A model generated the notes under the pieces. That model made no database searches. It was not told the origin of the DNA and worked only from the letters and a program-made list of their open reading frames with translations. Of a stretch of 28,481 nucleotides of DNA, positions 7,948 to 16,672 are shown piece by piece. The stretch covers positions 1 to 28,481 of the forward strand of contig JAYSWN010000115.1 in assembly GCA_043718025.1 (NCBI GenBank). The letters are read 5' to 3'. The DNA is from Pseudomonadota bacterium. GTDB taxonomy: Bacteria; Bdellovibrionota; FAC87; UBA2466. Made by a program: the position numbers and the translations under genes. Each line of letters starts with the position of its first letter. Within the stretch, counting starts at the first letter, position 1.

Positions 7948-9252
7948 GTGCTATTGAAACAAAAAATACTTTTGGCCGTGATTGCGCTGCTGACTTCGGC
8001 CTCAGCATTCGGCGGCGGACTCGAAGTCTATCCAAGCGGTGGAGTGGGCTCTTTTCCGGTGATGCCTAACCGGTCAATCAGCACCAGCTCCGACTCCAAG
8101 ATTACGGCGGAGTTCTATTTTCAATGTTACGGCATTAATAATCGGGCTCCCGAAAGTCCCGCGGCCACCGATGGATGCATCCGCACTACTTTGGCCCTGA
8201 AGGGGCGGCCTCATCCCATCGATTTTATTTTTCCGGGGGCCTATTTAGATCCGCACGGGGTTCAATTGGTGAATCAGACCTGCCGGGGCGACACTCAGGT
8301 TGGCGGTAAGTACCAAGGTAAATTGATTTTTGAAAACCCTAATCCCCCTACCAACTGGCACCACATTCTGGAGTGGAACCCTAACCGTGTTGGCGCCGAT
8401 GCTGCAACTACTGACCGGTTAATGGTAACCGTGTCTACTGATTATGTTCCCGAAACGGTAGTAATCGGCGACGACGGTATTTACAAACTCGACGCCAGAA
8501 AAACCGAGATAGAGGGCCGTGTCCAGGTGCGCCAAACCGGCATCCTTCAGAATCGCAATGGGCATTATTTTGGAATGAATGCACCACTTTCCAATCATGG
8601 CTCTGGCGCGCACCCCTCGGTGAACGGTCAGTTGATTAGAACGTTTATCTCGGTGCCGGGCGCCTCTTACACTTGGCAGCGAGCTGGAGGACGGTACAGG
8701 GGCTTTTGCGGCAGTTTTTACTCGCCATTGATGCTCTTTTTCGACAAAAAGAGGCCAAAATTTCATGGCGCCGCGCTCTTTCCGCTACTCACCACGCCCG
8801 CCAACTATGCGTGGCCCGAACCCAATGCCCCCGGTTTCTTTCTGGCGTTGGATAGAAACCACAATGGAGAGATAGACAGCGGCGATGAGCTCTTTGGTTT
8901 GGACGCCAAAGGCACCTACCGTAATGGGTTTGAAAAATTGAAAGCGCTCGATAAAAATAAAGACGGCGTTATCGACGCGAAAGACCCACAGTTTTCGGAG
9001 CTCATGCTCTGGGGCGATCGAAACGGCGACGGGCAAACTGACCCGGGCGAGCTCATTCCCATGGGGGAAAAGCGGGTGGTAAAAATCTCGCTCAACTACG
9101 ACGCCTCTTCGGTCACCCCAATGGGCGGCGTCGCAGAGCTACGCGAACGGGCCGAATTTTTATTTTTGGGTAAAGACGGCTCCTTGCAAAAGGGTGAAGT
9201 GATCGACGTTTGGCTATCGCCGGTTAGCGTACCCACGTTTGCTAAAAAATAG
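7948..9252 (+). CDS. Secreted protein with a C-terminal FrpC self-processing-module-like Ca2+-binding domain
   Basis: Sec signal (LLAVIALLTSASAFG), RBS AGGAG 7938-7942. C-terminal SPLML...FLALDRNHNGEIDSGDELFG...NGFEKLKALDKNKDGVIDAKDPQFSELMLWGDRNGDGQTDPGEL matches the EF-hand-like loops of the SPM family. Confidence 0.78.
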   Translation: MLLKQKILLAVIALLTSASAFGGGLEVYPSGGVGSFPVMPNRSISTSSDSKITAEFYFQCYGINNRAPESPAATDGCIRTTLALKGRPHPIDFIFPGAYLDPHGVQLVNQTCRGDTQVGGKYQGKLIFENPNPPTNWHHILEWNPNRVGADAATTDRLMVTVSTDYVPETVVIGDDGIYKLDARKTEIEGRVQVRQTGILQNRNGHYFGMNAPLSNHGSGAHPSVNGQLIRTFISVPGASYTWQRAGGRYRGFCGSFYSPLMLFFDKKRPKFHGAALFPLLTTPANYAWPEPNAPGFFLALDRNHNGEIDSGDELFGLDAKGTYRNGFEKLKALDKNKDGVIDAKDPQFSELMLWGDRNGDGQTDPGELIPMGEKRVVKISLNYDASSVTPMGGVAELRERAEFLFLGKDGSLQKGEVIDVWLSPVSVPTFAKK

Positions 9253-9263
9253 CCTCCTAGGCC

Positions 9264-10706
9264 CTAGGGAATGACAAAGTCATCGCGCCGGAAGAGCGCG
9301 AACGACTCTTTTTCTAGTATTCTATCTTTCAAAAATAAAAAACCTGGAAACCATTTCACAAAGGTGTAGCCGGCCGGCTGCTGGATGCGGTCGTTTTCTT
9401 GGAATTTAACGCCCAGAACCAACAACTGGGGTTTGCTCTGCTGGATGTATTCGGCACTATCGTTAAAACTGTAATTGAGCGACCACCAGAAAAAAGAAGG
9501 TCTTTTTCCTTTGTTAAAATTCATGAAGATGTTGTCTTTGAAATAGGGCAAGGTAACCGGAGAAAAGAATTCGGTCGCCACGATACTGTTTTTTTCTAAG
9601 CCGTGTTCACCGATGAAATGGGCCAGCTCGCGTGACCCTGAGTTGGGAAACTGGTAGTCGTTCTTAAAGGCGATGCAAGACCAGTAGAGGTGAAAGCCCA
9701 GCAGAACGGCCACCGCCCCGTTCATAAGCCGGTAGGCGGGCTCCGTAGCCACCGCAACTTTTTTGTTTTCTAAATAGCTCAGCCACGTCGCCGCCAACCA
9801 GAGGCAAAACCCCACCCCCTCGTGCCAAGCCTTTCCGTAAAAAATGCCGAAGAATGAGTACAGGCAAATCCACGGGAAAAGGTAAAAAGCCAAAACTCCT
9901 CGTCGATAAAACCAATAAAGGCTTACCCCAAATACTAGCAAAGACGCGGGCCACAATTCAGTGAGCGGGCCGTTCCACAGCGTGTAGACCATTTTGAAAA
10001 TGAGCGACGTCTGTTTAATAAAAAAATCAGGCCGGATCAAGTCGGCGGGCGGGGCGAGCTGAAAAGCGAGAAAGGCTCCGCCCACTATAAAACCCAGAGC
10101 TGATTTTGCGTGGGCCGATTGGTTCCAATTCCTAAAACTGAGCAGATCTTTTCTGTTTTCAAAGAGAAAGAGCAGCCACCAACACCCCGCCACGATCGCC
10201 CCGTGCACGGAAACTTGGGCGATTAGCATTAGGCAGATCGTATACGGCCAGGGCCTTTGCTGTCGGGTCGGATAGTAATGACAGACGCCAAAAAAGAGCA
10301 GGGGGAATAGGGAGTAGCTTCGCGCCACCACTCCATACTGAAAAAACAGAAAGTAGCTGAAGGGAAAGAGCACGCGAAACAGACGCGGCAACGGAGCCTC
10401 TTTCAAAAACCAGATCGCCCCCCCTACCGCCAGACCCGCCGAAATCCAATTGAGTGCGGAGTAACCGAACCCCAGGCCCACAAAGAATTTGAGTACGAAA
10501 TACCAGAGAAAGGGGTGCCCCTCGTACCGTAAACGGTTCAACAGCAAATCAAGGTGCGAGCTGTCTCTCGCCAGTAGCCAGGCCTGGGCCTCGTCAAACC
10601 ACGGCTCATGCCGCGGGATTAAGACCAGAAACAGGATGACGAGCAGCGTTGTTGGCAACCAAACCATCCAATTCAACGCGAGGGATCGTAGGCCGGTGGC
10701 TTTCAA
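9264..10706 (-). CDS. Polytopic membrane glycosyltransferase, GT-C fold (PMT/ArnT-like)
   Basis: HEPWFDEAQAW (DE motif after TM1), YEGHPFLWY, ARSYSL, many TM segments and a soluble C-terminal domain. Minus-strand GGAGG 9 nt before the TTG start. Confidence 0.72.
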   Translation of the reverse strand: MKATGLRSLALNWMVWLPTTLLVILFLVLIPRHEPWFDEAQAWLLARDSSHLDLLLNRLRYEGHPFLWYFVLKFFVGLGFGYSALNWISAGLAVGGAIWFLKEAPLPRLFRVLFPFSYFLFFQYGVVARSYSLFPLLFFGVCHYYPTRQQRPWPYTICLMLIAQVSVHGAIVAGCWWLLFLFENRKDLLSFRNWNQSAHAKSALGFIVGGAFLAFQLAPPADLIRPDFFIKQTSLIFKMVYTLWNGPLTELWPASLLVFGVSLYWFYRRGVLAFYLFPWICLYSFFGIFYGKAWHEGVGFCLWLAATWLSYLENKKVAVATEPAYRLMNGAVAVLLGFHLYWSCIAFKNDYQFPNSGSRELAHFIGEHGLEKNSIVATEFFSPVTLPYFKDNIFMNFNKGKRPSFFWWSLNYSFNDSAEYIQQSKPQLLVLGVKFQENDRIQQPAGYTFVKWFPGFLFLKDRILEKESFALFRRDDFVIP

Positions 10707-10789
10707 AGGGGTTAACCTCCGTTAGGGAGTGGGAAACGAATAGATTAATCAAATTCGTCAGAAATTCCGAAGAGATTCTGAGGATCTGG

Positions 10790-12847
10790 ATGTTTCTTCG
10801 TCAGAAATTAATTTTCATTTACCTGTTTTCAGCGTTGTCGCTGGCGTGCGCCTTTGGCGTGGTGGCCATGCTTTCGGTAAATGACACTACCAAGCTGCAC
10901 GTAAATGAAATGTCAGAAATGGCGCTCGACTCTTTGACGAGCGAAATTAAATTAGAGCTTAAAAATCGCGTGGACTCCGTTCAGACGTTATTACTGAAAG
11001 AGCTGCCACTAAGGGCTCGCGATAAAGCCTCGACCGACCCCTTCGCGGTTTTGCCCCCCGACGCCCAGAATGAGTTTTTTTCCGTTAGCGTGCTGCGTAA
11101 GAAGGACAATGCTTGGAAAACTGATCTACGTTTGATCAACGATAAGGTTTTGGCGTCAAGAAGCTTACCCGTCGATCTGCCGGCCAAACTCAGAGTATGG
11201 GAACCTAAAGTACAAAAGCCGGGTTTTGAAACGCTATCGCTAGCAAATCGATCTTTAATCGGCACTGACATCAATCAGCCGCAAGATGTTTTGATTTTGA
11301 CTCTCGCCATTCCCGGTACGCTAATCGGCGAGAAGGCCGATTCGACCTGGGTGGTCGTCGATCTTTTCCAAGATCGAATTCGTCGGGTGGTGCTGCGCGA
11401 AGGACGGTCAGAAATCTTTTTGCTCAATGGGGAAGGGGGGGTACTGATTCACCCTTCGCTTCAGATCACCGCTAAGCACGCCACCTCGCCGTTAGCGGAG
11501 TACAACGTGCCCGATATTCTCTCTCCGTCGGCGCTTTCCGGTTTATTCAGCGTCAAGATTCATCAAGAGCCGATGTGGGTTCGGTCGGCGAACTTAGGCT
11601 TAGGCGGCGTGGTTGGGGTGGCCCAATTTCCGGTCGAGGCCTATTTGGTGCCGTGGGTAAGGGCCAGCCAAAGGCTGGTCGCAGTTTTGGGCGCCGTGGG
11701 GTCGCTTTTTTTACTCGTCTTCTTGGGGCTGGGCCTTAGGTTGAAGTACCGAATCAACCGCATGATCGAAAACTGCAACAAGCTTGGTAACCCCAAGGTC
11801 AAACCAGAGTTTGAAAAAGGCACCGACGAGTTGGGACAGTTGGGTAAACGCCTTAATGGCGTCTATGACCAGTTTCGCAATTACCTTTCTGAAGCCGTGC
11901 AGATTGCCAAAGAGCAAGACGTTAAGGTGACCGACCAAATGCTGGAGACTACAAGTTATGGCTTCTCGCCCGTCACCACCCTTGCCGTTGACGCCGAAGT
12001 GTTTGTGGAGCGTTGTCGCGAGCGGCCGGGTTTTTTCGGCGAAACGGTTTGGTGGGGCCCCTGGATCGGTTTTTTTATTGGCCATTCTACCTCACCCGGT
12101 TTCTCGGGTTCGTTAACCGCTATCGCGGCCCGAGCGGCTGTCATGTCGCTCACGCAGAAGAGTGAAGAGGGGGCCCCAAACCCCGCCGAAATATTGGCCA
12201 AGGTTCATCAAGTCTTGCTCAGTCGGGGCAACGGCAATTTCGGTTTGGCCGCCTACCTCTGTTTTGTAAATCTCGACACCGGTGAGGTGAGAGTGTCATC
12301 CGCCAACCAACGTGGACCACTGCTACTGCATCGGGTTCGCGGCAAGGTGGAAGACCTATCGCTCGAAGGATCGTGGTTGGGGCTAAAATCACGTCCTACC
12401 CTGCAAGAGGCCCAGTTCGAAATGGAAGTGGGCGATAGCCTATTGTTCTGTTCTTCGGGATTGCTCGACGCTACCGATGCGCACGGAAAAATTTTGGGCG
12501 AATCGAACCTGTCGCGCATCTTGGTAGAAGGGCGCGAGAAGAATGCAGACTCATTAAAAGAGCGTCTAAGCACCGCCTTTAGAGGGCACGTGGGCGACAT
12601 GGCGCTTACCGACGACGCCGTTTTTTGGCTGATTCAATGGAAAAGAAATTTATCCGAAGTGGCGCCCCCCGCCGGCGGAAGAAATGATCATGAATTGTTG
12701 TGGCGCGGAGAGGACAAAGATTTGGCCCCCACCACTCCGGTTTTTTCGCAGGAAGAGGCAGTGCGCGACGCGTTAAATTTTGATGCCAAGGAATTTGATC
12801 AGTCTGCCGAAAAGAAGAATGACCCTGAAAAGAAAAGGGCTGCTTAG
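10790..12847 (+). CDS. Membrane sensor (Cache-like periplasmic domain, HAMP) with a degenerate SpoIIE/PP2C phosphatase domain
   Basis: Two TM helices; Cache-like FLLNGEGGVLIHP; HAMP-like TDELGQLGKRLN; SpoIIE-like PAEILAKVH, GDSLLFCSSGL and TDDAVF. Start reset to ATG 10790 after GAGGA. Confidence 0.8.
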   Translation: MFLRQKLIFIYLFSALSLACAFGVVAMLSVNDTTKLHVNEMSEMALDSLTSEIKLELKNRVDSVQTLLLKELPLRARDKASTDPFAVLPPDAQNEFFSVSVLRKKDNAWKTDLRLINDKVLASRSLPVDLPAKLRVWEPKVQKPGFETLSLANRSLIGTDINQPQDVLILTLAIPGTLIGEKADSTWVVVDLFQDRIRRVVLREGRSEIFLLNGEGGVLIHPSLQITAKHATSPLAEYNVPDILSPSALSGLFSVKIHQEPMWVRSANLGLGGVVGVAQFPVEAYLVPWVRASQRLVAVLGAVGSLFLLVFLGLGLRLKYRINRMIENCNKLGNPKVKPEFEKGTDELGQLGKRLNGVYDQFRNYLSEAVQIAKEQDVKVTDQMLETTSYGFSPVTTLAVDAEVFVERCRERPGFFGETVWWGPWIGFFIGHSTSPGFSGSLTAIAARAAVMSLTQKSEEGAPNPAEILAKVHQVLLSRGNGNFGLAAYLCFVNLDTGEVRVSSANQRGPLLLHRVRGKVEDLSLEGSWLGLKSRPTLQEAQFEMEVGDSLLFCSSGLLDATDAHGKILGESNLSRILVEGREKNADSLKERLSTAFRGHVGDMALTDDAVFWLIQWKRNLSEVAPPAGGRNDHELLWRGEDKDLAPTTPVFSQEEAVRDALNFDAKEFDQSAEKKNDPEKKRAA

Positions 12848-12860
12848 AGGTGTTTTGTTC

Positions 12861-13595
12861 GTGAAGAGGAATGTAGCAAAAATTGAAACCGACGAAGTTT
12901 CGTGCGGGGTTTTTTCCAAACGTAACGCCGCAGATCTTATCATTCGCGGTAGTCGTCACGTGCATTCCACGCTATTGGGCCTTCGCGATATGTTCGTTGA
13001 GGTTACCCAACTCAATTTAGCTGGCGGCGCCCACAAAGATTTTCCGTGGGAAGAAAAAAACAAATCCAAACAAGTCATTATTCATTCAAGCAAAGAGCGC
13101 CACGACGTTATTCGTCAGGCGGTAGCCGGGCTTAAAACTGGTTCCAATCGTGACCTGCGCGAAAAAGTTTTGGGAGTGCTCGAAGAGCTCATCACCAACG
13201 CGATTTATCATCCTTACCGTGACGATAAAGGAAACCCCAGGTACCACCGCGCCAAGCCAGCCTTTCTAAGCGAGAAGGAGTGGCTCACCGTACGTTTTTA
13301 TTCAGATGCACGGGGGGTTTACCTTTCAGTAGCCGACCAGGGGGGAACACTCAATTTTGACGATGTGAGCCGAGCCTTCTTTCGTTGCTACGGAGATCAA
13401 AATAAACAGATTGACGACAAAGAAAGCGGTGCCGGCTTGGGCACCTATATGATTTTCGAGGCGGTGACGCACTTAAAGATCAGCGTGAAAAAAGGCGTAA
13501 GTACCGAATTCTCGTGCTGGATTTCGGATAAAAAGCATTTTGACCCCGAGTATTTCTCGTTCAATTTTATATACAGACCGAATTCCGGGAGGTGA
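12861..13595 (+). CDS. RsbW/SpoIIAB-like HATPase Ser kinase (partner-switching)
   Basis: N box LEELITNAIYH, G1 VADQGG, G2 GAGLGTYMI; no H-box/DHp domain. Start reset to GTG 12861 after AGAGGTG. Confidence 0.8.
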   Translation: MKRNVAKIETDEVSCGVFSKRNAADLIIRGSRHVHSTLLGLRDMFVEVTQLNLAGGAHKDFPWEEKNKSKQVIIHSSKERHDVIRQAVAGLKTGSNRDLREKVLGVLEELITNAIYHPYRDDKGNPRYHRAKPAFLSEKEWLTVRFYSDARGVYLSVADQGGTLNFDDVSRAFFRCYGDQNKQIDDKESGAGLGTYMIFEAVTHLKISVKKGVSTEFSCWISDKKHFDPEYFSFNFIYRPNSGR

Positions 13596-14086
13596 TTGTG
13601 GCGGCAGTAGAAAAAAAGATTCATCTAGACAAGTTTCATTTCGAAATGAAACCGCGTGGCGATAAGAAAGTCATTCATTTGGCCGGAGTTATCGATGAAG
13701 ACACTTCGTTCGAAGCGATAAAGAAATTGGGTGGGCCGTATATCTTTAACTTTAAGAATTTGGAAAATGTAAACTCGCTGGGCATTCGCACTTGGGTAAA
13801 CTTTCTGAAAGAGCTGGGTAAAGTGGCGATAGTTTACGAAGAGTGCCCGCCGTTGGTTGTACGTCAGATGAACATGGTGCCCAGCTTCTTGGGTGGCGCC
13901 CAAGTTCTTTCGGTGTTCGTACCCTACGTGTGCGATGCCTGCGAAACAGAAAAGTTGGTTTTGATTCAGGCCGCCGCTCTGGCCGACACGGCTTCAATTC
14001 CCGAAACTTTCAAATGTGAAACTTGCAAAAAAGGAGAAATGGAATTCGATGGGCACCCCGATCAATACTTTGCCTTCCTCCGTTGA
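13592..14086 (+). CDS. STAS-like anti-anti-sigma-type protein with a C-terminal zinc ribbon
   Basis: LAGVIDE...FNFKNLENVNSLGIRTW (STAS phospho-Ser loop), plus CDAC and CETC pairs. Overlaps the kinase stop (GTGA). Confidence 0.78.
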   Translation: MIVAAVEKKIHLDKFHFEMKPRGDKKVIHLAGVIDEDTSFEAIKKLGGPYIFNFKNLENVNSLGIRTWVNFLKELGKVAIVYEECPPLVVRQMNMVPSFLGGAQVLSVFVPYVCDACETEKLVLIQAAALADTASIPETFKCETCKKGEMEFDGHPDQYFAFLR

Positions 14087-15116
14087 GCCTGAACTGGCCG
14101 ACGTAAAGAAGATTCACGCCGAACTTAAGGCGTGGACGCAGGCTCACCGACGGTTCCTGGAAGTGTTCCTGGATTCGTACGTGGTGGTTGATACCTTTTC
14201 GAAGGTGGTCGACTTTAATGTCGCGTTCACCGAGCTCGTGGGTGAGTCATTCCGGAAGATTTTAAAGGTGGGCCTATTCGCCGACCTTTTAAAAACCGAG
14301 TTTGGTGCCGAGAATTGTCCGACCAAGCAGGTCTTTACGTCGCTGAAACCGCTACGGTTAGATGAATTGGCGGCGTCGACTAAAGCCTTTTCTGAGTTGC
14401 AACTCATTCTGAGCGGGGTTCCCCTGTATAACGAAAAGGATGAGCTCATCGGCGCCTTTCTTACCATTCGAAATGTTTCGGCCGAAAGCGAACTGCAAAA
14501 GAAGTACGATGAGCGTAAACGCGAGTCGGCAACCGATGGCCTTACCCGTCTTTTTAATAAGGTTTACACCGAAACGGCGCTGCTCCGGGGTGTGATGGGC
14601 CAGGTGCGGGGCATGTCTAATCTTTCTGTCGCACTGACCGACATCGATTTTTTTAAGAAAGTTAACGACACCTACGGTCACAGCGCCGGTGACTTCGTGC
14701 TGGCTCAAGTGGCGTCGATTTTAAAGAGTGTGGCCCGTGAGTCTGATGTTGTGGGCCGCTTCGGTGGCGAAGAGTTTATGGTGTTGTTGGCCAACGCCGA
14801 CCAAAAAGGGGCTAAGATTTTTGCCGAACGCTTTAGAAATAAAGTGGCCGCTACTGAGTTTGTCTTCGACGGTAAACGCATTCCGGTTGCGGTAAGCAGC
14901 GGAACCGCCACTTTGACCGAGGCCGACAAAGCGGCGGCGCAAATAGATGGCGCGGCCGTTTGTAAAGAGATGGTGAATCGTGCCGACTACGCGCTCTATT
15001 ACTCAAAAGCCAACGGCCGCAACCAAACTACTCAGCACGAAGACCTCAACTTAACTGCACAAACCGGAACCGCTTCGGTCCCGCAAAAAACCCCCACGAG
15101 CGGCGATAAGCAGTAA
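14049..15116 (+). CDS. PAS-GGDEF diguanylate cyclase
   Basis: TDGLTRLFN, DIDFFKKVNDTYGHSAGD, RESD I-site, GGEEF, RADYALYYSKANGRN; PAS-like N-terminus (VVDFNVAFTELVG). Start uncertain (14016 or 14049). Confidence 0.95.
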   Translation: MGTPINTLPSSVEPELADVKKIHAELKAWTQAHRRFLEVFLDSYVVVDTFSKVVDFNVAFTELVGESFRKILKVGLFADLLKTEFGAENCPTKQVFTSLKPLRLDELAASTKAFSELQLILSGVPLYNEKDELIGAFLTIRNVSAESELQKKYDERKRESATDGLTRLFNKVYTETALLRGVMGQVRGMSNLSVALTDIDFFKKVNDTYGHSAGDFVLAQVASILKSVARESDVVGRFGGEEFMVLLANADQKGAKIFAERFRNKVAATEFVFDGKRIPVAVSSGTATLTEADKAAAQIDGAAVCKEMVNRADYALYYSKANGRNQTTQHEDLNLTAQTGTASVPQKTPTSGDKQ

Positions 15117-15250
15117 AGCGCTCTTTTAGCTCGCTGCGTCAAAATAGCTCTTTCCAGTGCCTTCCATGCCCTGCTATATCCGATCCGAAGACGGCACGGG
15201 GTAAGGTAAAACACACACACTCAATTGCGCCGATCGAGGGGAGAGGCTCC

Positions 15251-16648
15251 ATGCTGATTTCGGCGCTAAGCACGTTAACCTATCCCAATTTAATGATTAC
15301 CGTAGGCGCCTTGCTCTTGGCCTTTACGTTTGAATTTGTGAATGGGTTTCACGACACCGCCAACGCCGTGGCGACCGTCATTTACACGCGTTCGCTTCGC
15401 CCTACGCCAGCCGTCGTCTGGTCGGCCCTATGGAATATGATCGGTATTTTCGCCGGCGGCATTGGCGTGGCCTACGCCATTGTTCATCTCTTGCCGGTTG
15501 AAATTTTGGTCGGGGCCCAGAGCCACGCTGGAATCTTAATGATTCTCTCGTTACTGGCGTCAGCCATTCTGTGGAATCTGGGAACTTGGTACTATGGCCT
15601 ACCCGCCTCCAGCTCGCATGCGCTTATCGGCTCAATCTTAGGAATTGGTTTGTCTAATGCTCTGTTGCAGGGAAAACCAATTCTGAGCGGCATTAATTTG
15701 CACAAATTGTCAGAAGTTGGACTCTCCCTGCTGCTTTCGCCGGTACTGGGCTACGTGCTGGCGGCCGCCCTTTTGCTGTTTAGTAAACGCCTCATTCCTG
15801 ACCGGCGACTTCACCAGCCTCCCGCACTGGCCGGCATGCCCCCACCGTGGTGGATCCGCGGCATCTTGGTAACCACGTGCACCGGGGTCAGCTTTGCCCA
15901 TGGGTCAAACGATGGCCAAAAGGGAATGGGTTTGGTGATGCTAATCTTAATCGGCATGATGCCCGGTGAATTTGCCTTAAACCGCGAGGCATCCACTGCG
16001 GTTTTGCAGCAATCTCTTGCTACGATCAGCGCAACCTTAGGCCCATTGGGCTCGGCCCCGGTTTCAGCCTATGACTGGTCGATGATCTCAAACCAAGTAA
16101 GGTCAGTTGAAACGGCGCTCGAGGGGAAAGCGAAAGTAAGTCAGCTCTCTGCCGGCACCAGTTGGGCCGTGCGCGTGAGCTTGCTAAAGGTGGACTCGTG
16201 GCTACAAAAAATCGTAGTTCAAGACCGCTATCGTTCGAGCGCAGAGCTGCGTAGTGCGCAAGTTGGTGTGAAGTCATTAATCGAGTACGTGCCACTGTGG
16301 GTGATTTTGGCCATCGCGATAAGTCTTGGATTCGGAACTACGATTGGGTGGCAGAGAATTGTGGTCACCGTCGGCGAAAAAATTGGAAAGAGCCACCTCA
16401 CCTATAGCCAGGGGGCCTGCGCCGAATTAGTTGCGATGGGAACCATTGGCTTGGCCAGTTTTTCTGGATTGCCGGTATCAACCACTCACGTACTTTCGTC
16501 TGGGGTGGCCGGCACGATGTGGGCGAACCAATCCGGTCTCAATGGGGCAATGGTTAAGCAGATTGCCGCCGCCTGGGTGCTCACCCTTCCGGTCACCATG
16601 CTGATCTCGTCCGTGCTTTTCGCGTTGGGAAAAACCTTTTGGGTTTAG
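15251..16648 (+). CDS. pitA: Inorganic phosphate transporter, PiT family
   Basis: NGFHDTANAVATVIYT, PASSSHALIG, FAHGSNDGQKGMG, VTVGEKIGK and PVSTTHVLSSGVAGTM. Confidence 0.95.
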   Translation: MLISALSTLTYPNLMITVGALLLAFTFEFVNGFHDTANAVATVIYTRSLRPTPAVVWSALWNMIGIFAGGIGVAYAIVHLLPVEILVGAQSHAGILMILSLLASAILWNLGTWYYGLPASSSHALIGSILGIGLSNALLQGKPILSGINLHKLSEVGLSLLLSPVLGYVLAAALLLFSKRLIPDRRLHQPPALAGMPPPWWIRGILVTTCTGVSFAHGSNDGQKGMGLVMLILIGMMPGEFALNREASTAVLQQSLATISATLGPLGSAPVSAYDWSMISNQVRSVETALEGKAKVSQLSAGTSWAVRVSLLKVDSWLQKIVVQDRYRSSAELRSAQVGVKSLIEYVPLWVILAIAISLGFGTTIGWQRIVVTVGEKIGKSHLTYSQGACAELVAMGTIGLASFSGLPVSTTHVLSSGVAGTMWANQSGLNGAMVKQIAAAWVLTLPVTMLISSVLFALGKTFWV

Positions 16649-16672
16649 CGGTCGACTCACCGTCATCCCGCA

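Noticed and set aside
7948..9252. Calling this protein PilY1 or an RTX toxin
   Set aside because: No PilY1 beta-propeller motifs or GGxGxD nonapeptide repeats, and it is too short for PilY1.
9253..9270. CCTAG-GCC-CTAGG hairpin between convergent genes
   Set aside because: A 5-bp stem without a U-tract is too weak to call a terminator.
10649..10789. N-terminal extensions given by the ORF track (also at 12780, 18939, 19664 and 26888)
   Set aside because: They overlap neighbouring genes or a promoter, and better RBS-linked starts lie downstream.
10790..15116. Assigning the gene symbols siaA-D or rsbU/W/V
   Set aside because: The architecture is analogous, but orthology cannot be established without a search.
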